The translations under genes and the position numbers were made by a program. A stretch of DNA of 64,000 bases, taken from IMG/VR virus record IMGVR_UViG_3300031787_000087; one strand, 5' to 3'. This DNA is from an uncultured virus (IMG/VR IMGVR_UViG_3300031787_000087) (Duplodnaviria; Heunggongvirae; Uroviricota; Caudoviricetes). Under the pieces are notes generated by a model. The model saw only the letters and a program-made list of their open reading frames with translations. It ran no database searches and was not told the origin of the DNA. Position 1 is the stretch's first letter, and the number at the start of each line of letters is the position of its first letter. This document shows, piece by piece, positions 46,878 to 55,617 of the stretch.

Positions 46878-47666
46878 ATGGCAAAACTCGACGGAACAAA
46901 CGGACTGATTCAACAGTACGACTACCAAGTCCTAACAACGGCGTTTAGTTATACCTTTGCGGCTGGAACGCAGACTCTGATAATTAACCCTGCCGGTACT
47001 TTAGCCACTGGAACGGTCACGATGCCCGCCGCCCCTGCGGATGGTATGGTCATATGGATTACCACAACGAAGCAGATTGTTGCTTTGACCATAAACGGCA
47101 ACACAGGACAAACGCTTACAAGCGGAGTAACGTCACTAGCGCCAAATCAATCGGTGGCTTATATATACCGTGTGACCAACACAACATGGTATCCGTTTGA
47201 GACACAGATGGCTCAAGGCAATGGGCCAGCGTTTAGTGCTTACCAGTCTACACAACAATCAACTTTAACCGCTAATGTGGCAACGCTTCTTGTATTTCAA
47301 ACTGAAGAGTTTGATACTAATGGTTGTTTTAATAATACAGCAAGTACTGTTACGCTTAATGGTGTTTCTGCCCCTCAATATTCATTTGCACCAAATGTTG
47401 CTGGATACTATCAAATAGGCGGTTCTGCGGCAGTAGCAGCTTCTGTTGCAACTAGTCTTGTATACATATATAAAAATGGTTCTTCGTTTAAAAGGCTTAT
47501 AAACACTAATTCTGCAAGTATTACTCAGGGTGGTGGTTCAGCGTTAGTATATTTAAATGGCACATCTGACTATGTTCAACTTTATTTGTCTCAAAATGCA
47601 AATCAGCAATTAAATAACTCGGCTGAAACAGTATATTTTCAAGCAGTAATGGTAAGGAGCGCATAA
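46878..47666 (+). CDS. Tail fibre with C1q/TNF-like C-terminal domain
   Basis: GPAFSAY, F.TEEFDT, P.VAGYYQI, LVYLNG.SDYV.LY. Confidence 0.75.
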   Translation: MAKLDGTNGLIQQYDYQVLTTAFSYTFAAGTQTLIINPAGTLATGTVTMPAAPADGMVIWITTTKQIVALTINGNTGQTLTSGVTSLAPNQSVAYIYRVTNTTWYPFETQMAQGNGPAFSAYQSTQQSTLTANVATLLVFQTEEFDTNGCFNNTASTVTLNGVSAPQYSFAPNVAGYYQIGGSAAVAASVATSLVYIYKNGSSFKRLINTNSASITQGGGSALVYLNGTSDYVQLYLSQNANQQLNNSAETVYFQAVMVRSA

Positions 47667-47667
47667 C

Positions 47668-47829
47668 ATGACACTACCAGAAAAAATTAAAGCCCTATAC
47701 CCAGAACTAACAGACCGTGATTTAACAACTGTAATTACATTACAAAACGATTTAGACGGTAGAGGCGATTACATAGCCAAGTGGGAACACCCAACATTGC
47801 CACGCCCAACTGAGGAGCAACTCAAATGA
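47668..47829 (+). CDS. XkdW-like small chaperone (53 aa), not in ORF track
   Basis: MTLPEKIKALYPEL...LQND.DGRGDYIAKWEHPTLPRPTEEQL; AAGGAG SD. Confidence 0.65.
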   Translation: MTLPEKIKALYPELTDRDLTTVITLQNDLDGRGDYIAKWEHPTLPRPTEEQLK

Positions 47830-48959
47830 CAATCACACTAAACGGCACTACAGGTATCGTTAACACAGGTAGCGAGACAATCACAGGAGCCCTGACAGCA
47901 GCTAATTTCAACGGCGCTAGTACATTTGGCTTTAAGAACCGCATCATCAATGGTGCGATGATGTTTTCACAGAGAAACGGCACAACTGCAACAGCAAACG
48001 GCAGTAATGCTTACACTTTAGATAGATGGGCGGCATACGGCAATGTGGTTTCTAAATACACCACAACGCAATCCACAACTGCACCTGATGGATTTTCAAA
48101 TTCGTTGTTGGTAACTTCATCTTCAGCGTATTCAGTTGCTTCTGGTGATTATTTCTTTTTAATACAAAGAATAGAAGCAAACAATGTTTTTGACTTTAGT
48201 TTGGGAACTGCCAATGCAAAAACATTTACCTTGTCTTTTTGGGTTCGTTCTAGCCTAACTGGTACTTTTGGTGGGTCTTTTCTTAACTCCGCAGAAAACT
48301 ACAGTTACCCATTTACTTACACAATTTCATCTGCAAATACTTGGGAGCAAAAAACATTAACTGTTGCTGGCCCAACAGCGGGGACTTGGGCTACTGGCAC
48401 TTCAGCAGGGTTAGAAGTTAGTTTTGGGTTAGGTGTTGGTTCTAGCCTTAGTGGTACTGCTGGTTCATGGGCTGGTTCGCAATATTATTCAGCCACTGGT
48501 GGTACATCTGTAGTCGGCACAAACGGGGCAACCTTCTACATAACAGGCGTACAACTAGAAACGGGCACAGTAGCAACGAGCTTTGATTACAGGCCTTATG
48601 GGACTGAAATGCAGTTATGTTTGCGTTACTTTGCAAAAAGCTATGAATACTCAACAGCCAATGGAACGGCTACATATACAGGCATGGTTGGCGGTGCAAT
48701 AGGCTTATCAACTTGTGGAGGCTCTATGGCTACTCCATTCCCAGTTTTAATGAGAATTGCACCGACTATGGCTTTTTGGGATGGGGCTGGAAATGCTTCA
48801 AAAATAACAGGAATACAAGGTGGAACAACTGGCGCGGATAATGCAACTACTACACCTAATGGGCCATTTAATATAACGGCAAAGAATTTTTGGCTTACTG
48901 GAAATGGTATAGCCAACTACACAACTTTCTGCCATTACACAGCAACAGCGGAGTTATAA
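47826..48959 (+). CDS. Tail fibre with carbohydrate-binding-like domain
   Basis: FKNRIINGAM..QR, DRW, TLSFWV, TGVQLE.G..AT.F.YR..GTE..LC.RY. Confidence 0.75.
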   Translation: MTITLNGTTGIVNTGSETITGALTAANFNGASTFGFKNRIINGAMMFSQRNGTTATANGSNAYTLDRWAAYGNVVSKYTTTQSTTAPDGFSNSLLVTSSSAYSVASGDYFFLIQRIEANNVFDFSLGTANAKTFTLSFWVRSSLTGTFGGSFLNSAENYSYPFTYTISSANTWEQKTLTVAGPTAGTWATGTSAGLEVSFGLGVGSSLSGTAGSWAGSQYYSATGGTSVVGTNGATFYITGVQLETGTVATSFDYRPYGTEMQLCLRYFAKSYEYSTANGTATYTGMVGGAIGLSTCGGSMATPFPVLMRIAPTMAFWDGAGNASKITGIQGGTTGADNATTTPNGPFNITAKNFWLTGNGIANYTTFCHYTATAEL

Positions 48960-48962
48960 ACC

Positions 48963-49157
48963 ATGTATAAATTAAACGGACTTTACAGTTTTGATTACGC
49001 AACAAGCACAAAAACTTATGTTGGCGTTGACGATCAGTTAATCATAAGAGTGTCTGATGGCGCACTTATACCAATGGTAGAGGGCAATACCGACTACCAA
49101 GCCTACCTAAAGTGGCTGGCTGAAGGCAATACACCAGAACCCGCAGACCCTCAATAA
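48963..49157 (+). CDS. Small fibre-associated chaperone
   Basis: DGA.IP....[18 protein letters not shown]. Confidence 0.65.
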   Translation: MYKLNGLYSFDYATSTKTYVGVDDQLIIRVSDGALIPMVEGNTDYQAYLKWLAEGNTPEPADPQ

Positions 49158-49160
49158 AAT

Positions 49161-49883
49161 GTGGACCCTTTCACCCTACTTATGGCGGCTCAGACCGCCG
49201 TTGGCTTTATTAAGCAAGGGTGTGCTCTCCTACATGAAGGGCGTATGGAGTTGGAAGGGGCTAAGAAGACAGCCGAGCAGGTCATTGGTGATGTCAAGGC
49301 AATCAAGGGCATTTTTGATTGGTTCATTGGTCTATTCACTAGTAAACCAGCCAAGCCAGACGAAGCGCCCAAGCCTGTGGCAAAAGCGAAAGCCAAAGCC
49401 GCAACCAAACAGCAACAGTCTTACGAGGAACTTGAACTCAAACTCATCAAGGACATCGGAGACAACATTGGTGTCCTCTTTGATACACAACAACAGATTA
49501 CAAACTTCTATCTTGAACTAGAGGAAACATCAAAGACCGACTACGACCCAACGCAAAACACTAGCAAAAAAGCCATAGAGCGGGCGCTGATTGAGTTGCA
49601 GTTGGAGAAGTTGATGGAGCAGACAAGGGAAGCGATGGTCTATGCGCCGCCTGAGTTGAAGGACTTGTATAGCCGATTCCTCAAGATGCACGCCCGAATA
49701 GAACAAGAACAAGCGTGGGCAAGGTCAGAACTGATACGCAGGAATAGGCTGGCAAGGTGGCAGAAGGAACAAGACGAGATTCGGACTATTGAAACAACAA
49801 CTGGAGTAATTGCCGTGATGTTCATATCAATGTTTTTTGGGTGGCTAATGTGGCAACTACGCGCCTTGTCTGGTGGATACTGA
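49161..49883 (+). CDS. Membrane-anchored coiled-coil protein of lysis region
   Basis: DP.T...AA N-terminus, helical body, C-terminal TM segment. Confidence 0.65.
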   Translation: MDPFTLLMAAQTAVGFIKQGCALLHEGRMELEGAKKTAEQVIGDVKAIKGIFDWFIGLFTSKPAKPDEAPKPVAKAKAKAATKQQQSYEELELKLIKDIGDNIGVLFDTQQQITNFYLELEETSKTDYDPTQNTSKKAIERALIELQLEKLMEQTREAMVYAPPELKDLYSRFLKMHARIEQEQAWARSELIRRNRLARWQKEQDEIRTIETTTGVIAVMFISMFFGWLMWQLRALSGGY

Positions 49884-50017
49884 TAGGAGTAGCGATATGC
49901 GTAATTGTTGGAGTAACCTCAATGGCATACGTAGAAACCCTATACATGCGAGCACAACTTAAACAAGAGATTAAAGAGTTGCGCAAACTGAAACGTGAAT
50001 TAAAGGAAAACAAATGA
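49841..50017 (+). CDS. Small TM + coiled-coil protein (58 aa), not in ORF track
   Basis: ...LVWWILIGVAICVIVGVTSMAY...LKQEIKELRKLKRELKENK, ATGA overlap with holin; start uncertain. Confidence 0.5.
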   Translation: MANVATTRLVWWILIGVAICVIVGVTSMAYVETLYMRAQLKQEIKELRKLKRELKENK

Positions 50018-50412
50018 TACCTATTGGCGCACTTCTAGACATTGGTGGAAAGATACTTGATAAGGTATTTCCTGACCCTGCACAGGCAGAGCAAGCCAAA
50101 CTCAAGCTGTTAGAGATGCAGCAAAGTGGCGAGTTAGCCAAACTCAATGCAGATGTTTCTGAGCAACATGAACTGACTGAACGCCTCAAAGCTGACATGG
50201 GTAGCGACTCTTGGCTGTCCAAGAACATTCGTCCTATGACCTTAGTGTTTATTCTGCTTACCTACACAACCTTTGCCATGATGAGCGCTTGGGACATTGA
50301 GGTAAACAACAACTATGTGGAACTGCTAGGTCAATGGGGTATGTTGATTATGTCGTTTTACTTCGGTGGTAGGACGCTAGAAAAAATCATGGATATGAAG
50401 GCCAAGAAATGA
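50014..50412 (+). CDS. Holin (3TM/GTA-like family)
   Basis: LDK.FPDP, SDSWLSKNIRP, FYFGGRTLEK, two hydrophobic helices. Confidence 0.8.
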   Translation: MIPIGALLDIGGKILDKVFPDPAQAEQAKLKLLEMQQSGELAKLNADVSEQHELTERLKADMGSDSWLSKNIRPMTLVFILLTYTTFAMMSAWDIEVNNNYVELLGQWGMLIMSFYFGGRTLEKIMDMKAKK

Positions 50413-50861
50413 ACCTTTCCGATCACTTCACCCTAGAAGAAGGCACCTATAGCGAGACTGCTATACGCCTTGGCATCAGCAACCAGCCCGATGAGCGCCA
50501 ACTGGCAAACATGAAGTCGGCTGCTGAACAACTGGAGGCAGTCCGAAATGTCACAGGCGCTCTTCGTGTTAATTCTTGGCTACGCTTGCCTGATGTCAAC
50601 GTGGCTGTTGGCGGTTCTAAGGTATCCAGCCACATGGATGGTTGGGCTATTGACTGCTCTTCTTCTACTCACACTCCTTATGAAGTATGTCAGCTTGTTC
50701 TAGGCGCTGGCATCAAGTTTGACCAGATGATTCACGAGTATGGTCGGTGGATGCACATATCCTTTGCGCCTGAGATGCGTCAGCAAGAGTTGACAATTTA
50801 CAAGCCAGAGGGAAAATACAAACTTGGCATCTTGACAGAAGCCCAATACCACACAAAGTAA
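50409..50861 (+). CDS. Endolysin, peptidase M15A family
   Basis: LS.HFTLEE, NS..R...N.AVGG...S.H..G.A.D, FDQ.I.E...W.HIS. Confidence 0.88.
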   Translation: MNLSDHFTLEEGTYSETAIRLGISNQPDERQLANMKSAAEQLEAVRNVTGALRVNSWLRLPDVNVAVGGSKVSSHMDGWAIDCSSSTHTPYEVCQLVLGAGIKFDQMIHEYGRWMHISFAPEMRQQELTIYKPEGKYKLGILTEAQYHTK

Positions 50862-50862
50862 T

Positions 50863-53457
50863 ATGCCATTACAAAAACTACTGCTCAAACCCGGTGTGAA
50901 CAAGGAAAACACCCGTTACACCAACGAGGGTGGGTGGTATGACTGCGACAAAATTCGCTTTCGCCAAGGCACGCCTGAGAAGATCGGTGGTTGGTCACAG
51001 ATTTCTGGTTATACATACGAAGGCACATGCCGCTCCCTCTGGTCATGGGCTTCTCTAAACGGGATAGTCTATGTTGGGGTTGGCACGTATCTAAAGTTCT
51101 ATGTAGAGCAAGGTGGGGCGTATAACGACATTACGCCGATTCGGTCTTATGTAACGCTGAGTGGTCCGTTCGCTGCAACAACAGGCTCAACCACAGTTAC
51201 TGTTACTAGCGCATCACATGGTGCATCTACAGGCGACTACGTTAACTTCCTTGGTGCAGTGGCACTAAGCACGCAGACTTTTACTCGGTCTACAGCAACT
51301 AACTTTGTGTTGGCTACAACGGCTTTTGCAACGAATACGCCAGTAACGCTTACTGTGTCTTCTGGTGGTGCTCTACCTACTGGTCTGGCTGAGAACGTAC
51401 AGTACTACATATTGGTTGTGTCTGGCACAACTGTTAGCTTTACAAACGTGCCCGGTGGTGCGGCTATCTCTACATCATCTGCTGGTTCTGGTACTTTTTC
51501 CATTGCCGCTACTACAGGAATTACCGCCGACGTTTTAAACAGTAGTTTTGCTATCACTAAGATTAACGCTAACTCATTTACTATCACTACCTCAGTTGCA
51601 GCTACGGCTTATGATGTTGGCAGTGGTGGTACAACGGTTAACACCAACTACGAAATACCTGTCGGATATGACTCATCACAGCCATTAACTGGTTGGGGCG
51701 CAGGTTCTTGGGGTTCTGGCTCTTGGGGTTCAGGGCAGGCTAGTGTTGCCCCTGCTCGTATCTGGTATCAGAACAACTTCGGTCAGGATTTAATCTTTGG
51801 CTACCGTGGTGGCCCACTCTATTATTGGAACGCTTACGTTACCCCCAACGGGCTTAATGTCACTATAACTATTAACTCCCAGACTGTTTCTGCTGTTGAT
51901 ACTGCTACGGAGTACATCACGTTCTCCACGGCTATTGCTACCGGAACGCCTGTTAAATTTACTTCAACCACTTCTCTGCCCGCGCCTTTGGTGGCTGGCA
52001 CTGTCTATTACATAGTTAACCCTGTTGCAGCTACAGCGCAACTTGCGACGACCGTTGGTGGGGCGGCTATTAACTTGACTACTGCAGGTTCTGGGACTAT
52101 CACGATCTACACCCCAGCGACGTTTACGACCATCAGCACTTTGACTAATGCTACGGCTATTCAGATAGTTAGTACTGGCACTGTGCCGACTGGAATGACT
52201 ATTGGCACAACATACTATGTAAACAACTTTGCGTCTAATACGTTCAACATCTCTGCTACATACGGTGGGGACTTAATCGTATTGACTGGAACGCAGACAG
52301 GTACGCAGACTATCTACCAACACGGCATTCCTGTAACTTCTCTGAACGGGGCGTCGGCTGTGCCAGCCCTTGTAAACAACATGATGGTGTCGGATGCTAG
52401 TAGATTTACTATTGCGTTTGGCTGTACGCCTTTTGGCGGCGGTGACTTAGACCCCATGTTGATTCGCTGGTCTGACCAAGAATCCGTAACTAACTGGACA
52501 CCCGCAGTAACTAACCAAGCGGGCTTTATCCGCCTATCGCACGGTTCTGAAATCGTTGCTGCAGTACAGACTCGCCAAGAGATTGTTGTGTTTACGGATA
52601 CATCGCTGTACTCTATGCAGTATCTTGGTGCGCCGTTTATCTGGGGCACACAACTCTTAGGTGACAACGTCTCCCTAGCAGGATACAACACAGCCATCAT
52701 TGCATCTGGTGTTGTTTATTGGATGGGTGTGGACAAGTTCTATAAATACGACGGTAGAACCCAAACTCTGCGTTGTGACTTACTACGACACGTTTATAGC
52801 GACATCAATCTTGACCAACAAGCGCAGTTCTTTGCCGGAACTAACGAAGGCTTTAATGAGGTCTGGTGGTTCTACTGCTCCTCTGGTTCTACAACTATTG
52901 ACCGCTACGTGACGTATAACTACACCGAAGATTTGTGGGCTTACGGTAATATGGCTAGAACAGCATGGCTGGATTCTGGTTTGATTACTAACCCTATTGC
53001 GGCTACTTACGTAAACAATCTTGTCTACCATGAGTACGGTGTTGACGATAACACTACAGGCACTGCACTTCCTATTGAGGCATACATCACTTCGTCCGAG
53101 TTTGATATTGGCGATGGGCACAACTTTGGGTTTATTTGGCGTTTACTCCCTGACCTTACATTCCGTGGATCGTCTACTACTGGGGCTACTCCGCAAGTTA
53201 CGTTCTATCTGCTACCCATGCAGAACTCTGGTTCTGGGTATAACGATACCAATGAAGCAGCGAACCAATCGGTTGGCGGTACAAGTTATGCCAATGTAGC
53301 CCGTATCGGTACATACACGGTGGATCAGTTTACTGGTCAGGTCTACACACGGGTGCGCGGACGGCAGATGGCTATGAAGATTTCTTCTAATCAAGTTGGA
53401 ACCCAGTGGCAGTTGGGTGCCCCGCGTATTGACATCAGACCAGATGGACGTCGCTAA
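50863..53457 (+). CDS. Tail nozzle/stabilisation protein (P22 gp10/tubular B-like) with inserted repeated domains
   Basis: KPG.N.E.T, RFR.G.PEKIGGW, IRWSDQE, NEVWWFY, RTAW.D, R.RGRQ, DGRR end. Confidence 0.75.
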   Translation: MPLQKLLLKPGVNKENTRYTNEGGWYDCDKIRFRQGTPEKIGGWSQISGYTYEGTCRSLWSWASLNGIVYVGVGTYLKFYVEQGGAYNDITPIRSYVTLSGPFAATTGSTTVTVTSASHGASTGDYVNFLGAVALSTQTFTRSTATNFVLATTAFATNTPVTLTVSSGGALPTGLAENVQYYILVVSGTTVSFTNVPGGAAISTSSAGSGTFSIAATTGITADVLNSSFAITKINANSFTITTSVAATAYDVGSGGTTVNTNYEIPVGYDSSQPLTGWGAGSWGSGSWGSGQASVAPARIWYQNNFGQDLIFGYRGGPLYYWNAYVTPNGLNVTITINSQTVSAVDTATEYITFSTAIATGTPVKFTSTTSLPAPLVAGTVYYIVNPVAATAQLATTVGGAAINLTTAGSGTITIYTPATFTTISTLTNATAIQIVSTGTVPTGMTIGTTYYVNNFASNTFNISATYGGDLIVLTGTQTGTQTIYQHGIPVTSLNGASAVPALVNNMMVSDASRFTIAFGCTPFGGGDLDPMLIRWSDQESVTNWTPAVTNQAGFIRLSHGSEIVAAVQTRQEIVVFTDTSLYSMQYLGAPFIWGTQLLGDNVSLAGYNTAIIASGVVYWMGVDKFYKYDGRTQTLRCDLLRHVYSDINLDQQAQFFAGTNEGFNEVWWFYCSSGSTTIDRYVTYNYTEDLWAYGNMARTAWLDSGLITNPIAATYVNNLVYHEYGVDDNTTGTALPIEAYITSSEFDIGDGHNFGFIWRLLPDLTFRGSSTTGATPQVTFYLLPMQNSGSGYNDTNEAANQSVGGTSYANVARIGTYTVDQFTGQVYTRVRGRQMAMKISSNQVGTQWQLGAPRIDIRPDGRR

Positions 53458-53720
53458 TGTCACAAATAAACGTAACCCCACCAAACCTGCCATTAGCCCC
53501 AGAGCAATATCAACGGCAGTTTCAAGATCAACTGAACAACATTTTGCGATTGTTTTTTGCACAACTAACTAACCCCGGACCGATCGGCGCTACTTCTATC
53601 AATTTAGATTTGCGATACATGCCAACAGATGCTGATTTTGCTGATTTGCGCTCTGGTGACGTCTACTACGATACGTCTGGTGGCGTAGCATCAAGCTACC
53701 CATTAAGAGTTAAGGCATGA
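53457..53720 (+). CDS. Small tail protein
   Basis: P.LP.AP.QY....DQL..ILRLFF. Confidence 0.65.
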   Translation: MSQINVTPPNLPLAPEQYQRQFQDQLNNILRLFFAQLTNPGPIGATSINLDLRYMPTDADFADLRSGDVYYDTSGGVASSYPLRVKA

Positions 53721-53754
53721 TAAACTCGATTAACCCCCTACACGCGAGGCAAAA

Positions 53755-55194
53755 ATGAGCCTACAACTTGCTGCCAAACATCTATCTAATCAAGGTCGAG
53801 GACCTGACGATACGCTCGTCCACATGTCCCAAGATGAGGTCAGCAGCCTCAATGACTTGGCTATGGCGCATGGGGGTCAGTTAACAATCAATCCTGAGAC
53901 TGGACTACCCGAAGCGGGCTTCTTGTCTTCAATGCTACCAATGATTGCTGGTATGGCGCTAGCCCCTGCGACTGGTGGTGCTTCATTGGGTCTAACTTCA
54001 GCTTTTCAAACTGCGGCGTTAGTTGGTGCTGGTAGTTATTTATTGAACCCTAAAGCAGGTTTGATGGGTGGCTTGATGGCTGGACTTGGCGCATATGGTG
54101 GCGCTGGATTGGCTGGCGGATTAGAAGGTCTCGCTACTTCAGAGGCTGGTTCTACTGCGGCTAATGAAGCGACGTTATCCAGTGACATTGGTCTAAAAGA
54201 AGAAATAGCTAGAAACAATGCTGTTGTACAACAGCAAGCTGAACAAGCCGCCCAAGCAAAGGCTCAAACACTTGAAAGCGCGAAGTACTTAACGGACTAT
54301 GGTGCCCCTGTAAACGAATTTGCACAGGTAGGTTCCGGGTTGCCTACTAGCCCCGGTGGTATAGAAGTCGCAGCTCCAACACCTACTACAGCACAGCCAT
54401 ATACAGCAGCGGGAGAAGCCGAGATGCGAGAGAATCTGGCTAATCAAGTTGGCATGAAAACTTCTCAGGCCAACCCATACGCTGTACCACTTAGTAAACC
54501 AATCCCTACAGGGCTTGACGCTGTGTATAAAGGCGCTGAATCTTTAGTCTCTAACCCAACAGCGGATAAATTTAAAACAGTCGGTGGCGGAAGCTACATG
54601 GGGCTAGCCAAACAGGGTTTAGCGGCTGCGGCTCCTGTGGCTTCTGAAGGTTTAAAACCAGACGGATTAAATGTGCCAAAAACTCAACAAAAAGCACAGG
54701 TTGTACCCCACTACAGATTTAGTCCCGGTATGGTGTCGCCGACTCCAGCGGCAGGTGCTACTGGCACAGAGAACACTTACTTCAACCCATCCTACACAGC
54801 GCTTTCAGATCAAGAGTCTCAGCAGTTGTATCCGGGTTATCCCGCAGCGCAGGCAGCGGATGGCGGTTTGATGGGCTACGCTACAGGGGGGCTATCCGAT
54901 GCACATTACAACCTTGGTGGCTATTCTGATGGTGGTCGCCTCCTCCGTGGTCCCGGTGATGGTGTATCTGATTCGATACCTGCTGTAATAGGTAAAAAAC
55001 AGCCTGCTCGTTTGGCTGATGGCGAGTTCGTTGTTCCCGCAAGAATTGTCTCTGAAATTGGCAACGGCTCAACTGAGGCTGGCGCACGCAAGCTATACGC
55101 AATGATGGACAGAATTCAAGCCGCCCGTGGTAAAACCGTGGGTAAAGGGAAAGTTGCTAAGAACACTAGGGCAGATAAGTATTTGCCCGCATGA
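53755..55194 (+). CDS. Internal virion/ejection protein
   Basis: GR..D..LVHM, TINPETGLPEA, Gly/Ala hydrophobic segment, GPGDGVSDSIPA...LADGEFVVP domain. Confidence 0.65.
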   Translation: MSLQLAAKHLSNQGRGPDDTLVHMSQDEVSSLNDLAMAHGGQLTINPETGLPEAGFLSSMLPMIAGMALAPATGGASLGLTSAFQTAALVGAGSYLLNPKAGLMGGLMAGLGAYGGAGLAGGLEGLATSEAGSTAANEATLSSDIGLKEEIARNNAVVQQQAEQAAQAKAQTLESAKYLTDYGAPVNEFAQVGSGLPTSPGGIEVAAPTPTTAQPYTAAGEAEMRENLANQVGMKTSQANPYAVPLSKPIPTGLDAVYKGAESLVSNPTADKFKTVGGGSYMGLAKQGLAAAAPVASEGLKPDGLNVPKTQQKAQVVPHYRFSPGMVSPTPAAGATGTENTYFNPSYTALSDQESQQLYPGYPAAQAADGGLMGYATGGLSDAHYNLGGYSDGGRLLRGPGDGVSDSIPAVIGKKQPARLADGEFVVPARIVSEIGNGSTEAGARKLYAMMDRIQAARGKTVGKGKVAKNTRADKYLPA

Positions 55195-55616
55195 AGATAA
55201 ATTTAGTACCCGTTGGGCAAATCTCTGGAGTGCTTCCAGCGTTGTTGCCTTATCTAGCTAAGTCTGGGGAATGGACAAGAGGTAGGGCGGTTGTTGATGA
55301 TATTTTGCGGTTTGTCTTAAATGGACAAATGCAGTTGTGGGTGGCGCATCAAGATGGGCAGATTTATGGTCACGTAATCACGGAGATCAAAGATTACCCA
55401 AGATGCAAAATGCTGACTGTGCAATATTGCGCTGGTGAAGAAGACCATATGCAGTACGCAGAAGACGAAATGTTCGACCTACTAGATAGGTTTGCTAAGG
55501 ACGCTGGATGCGCTGGTGTTGAGTTTGTTGGTCGCCCCGGATGGCGCAAGCAAGCCAATAAGTATGGATATTCCATACAAAGCGTAATGTATCAAAAGTT
55601 TTTTAAAGAGGTCTGA
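55191..55616 (+). CDS. GNAT-like acetyltransferase-fold protein
   Basis: QLWV, TEI..YP, FAK..GC..VE..GR.GW; position among ejection genes. Confidence 0.55.
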   Translation: MKINLVPVGQISGVLPALLPYLAKSGEWTRGRAVVDDILRFVLNGQMQLWVAHQDGQIYGHVITEIKDYPRCKMLTVQYCAGEEDHMQYAEDEMFDLLDRFAKDAGCAGVEFVGRPGWRKQANKYGYSIQSVMYQKFFKEV

Positions 55617-55617
55617 G

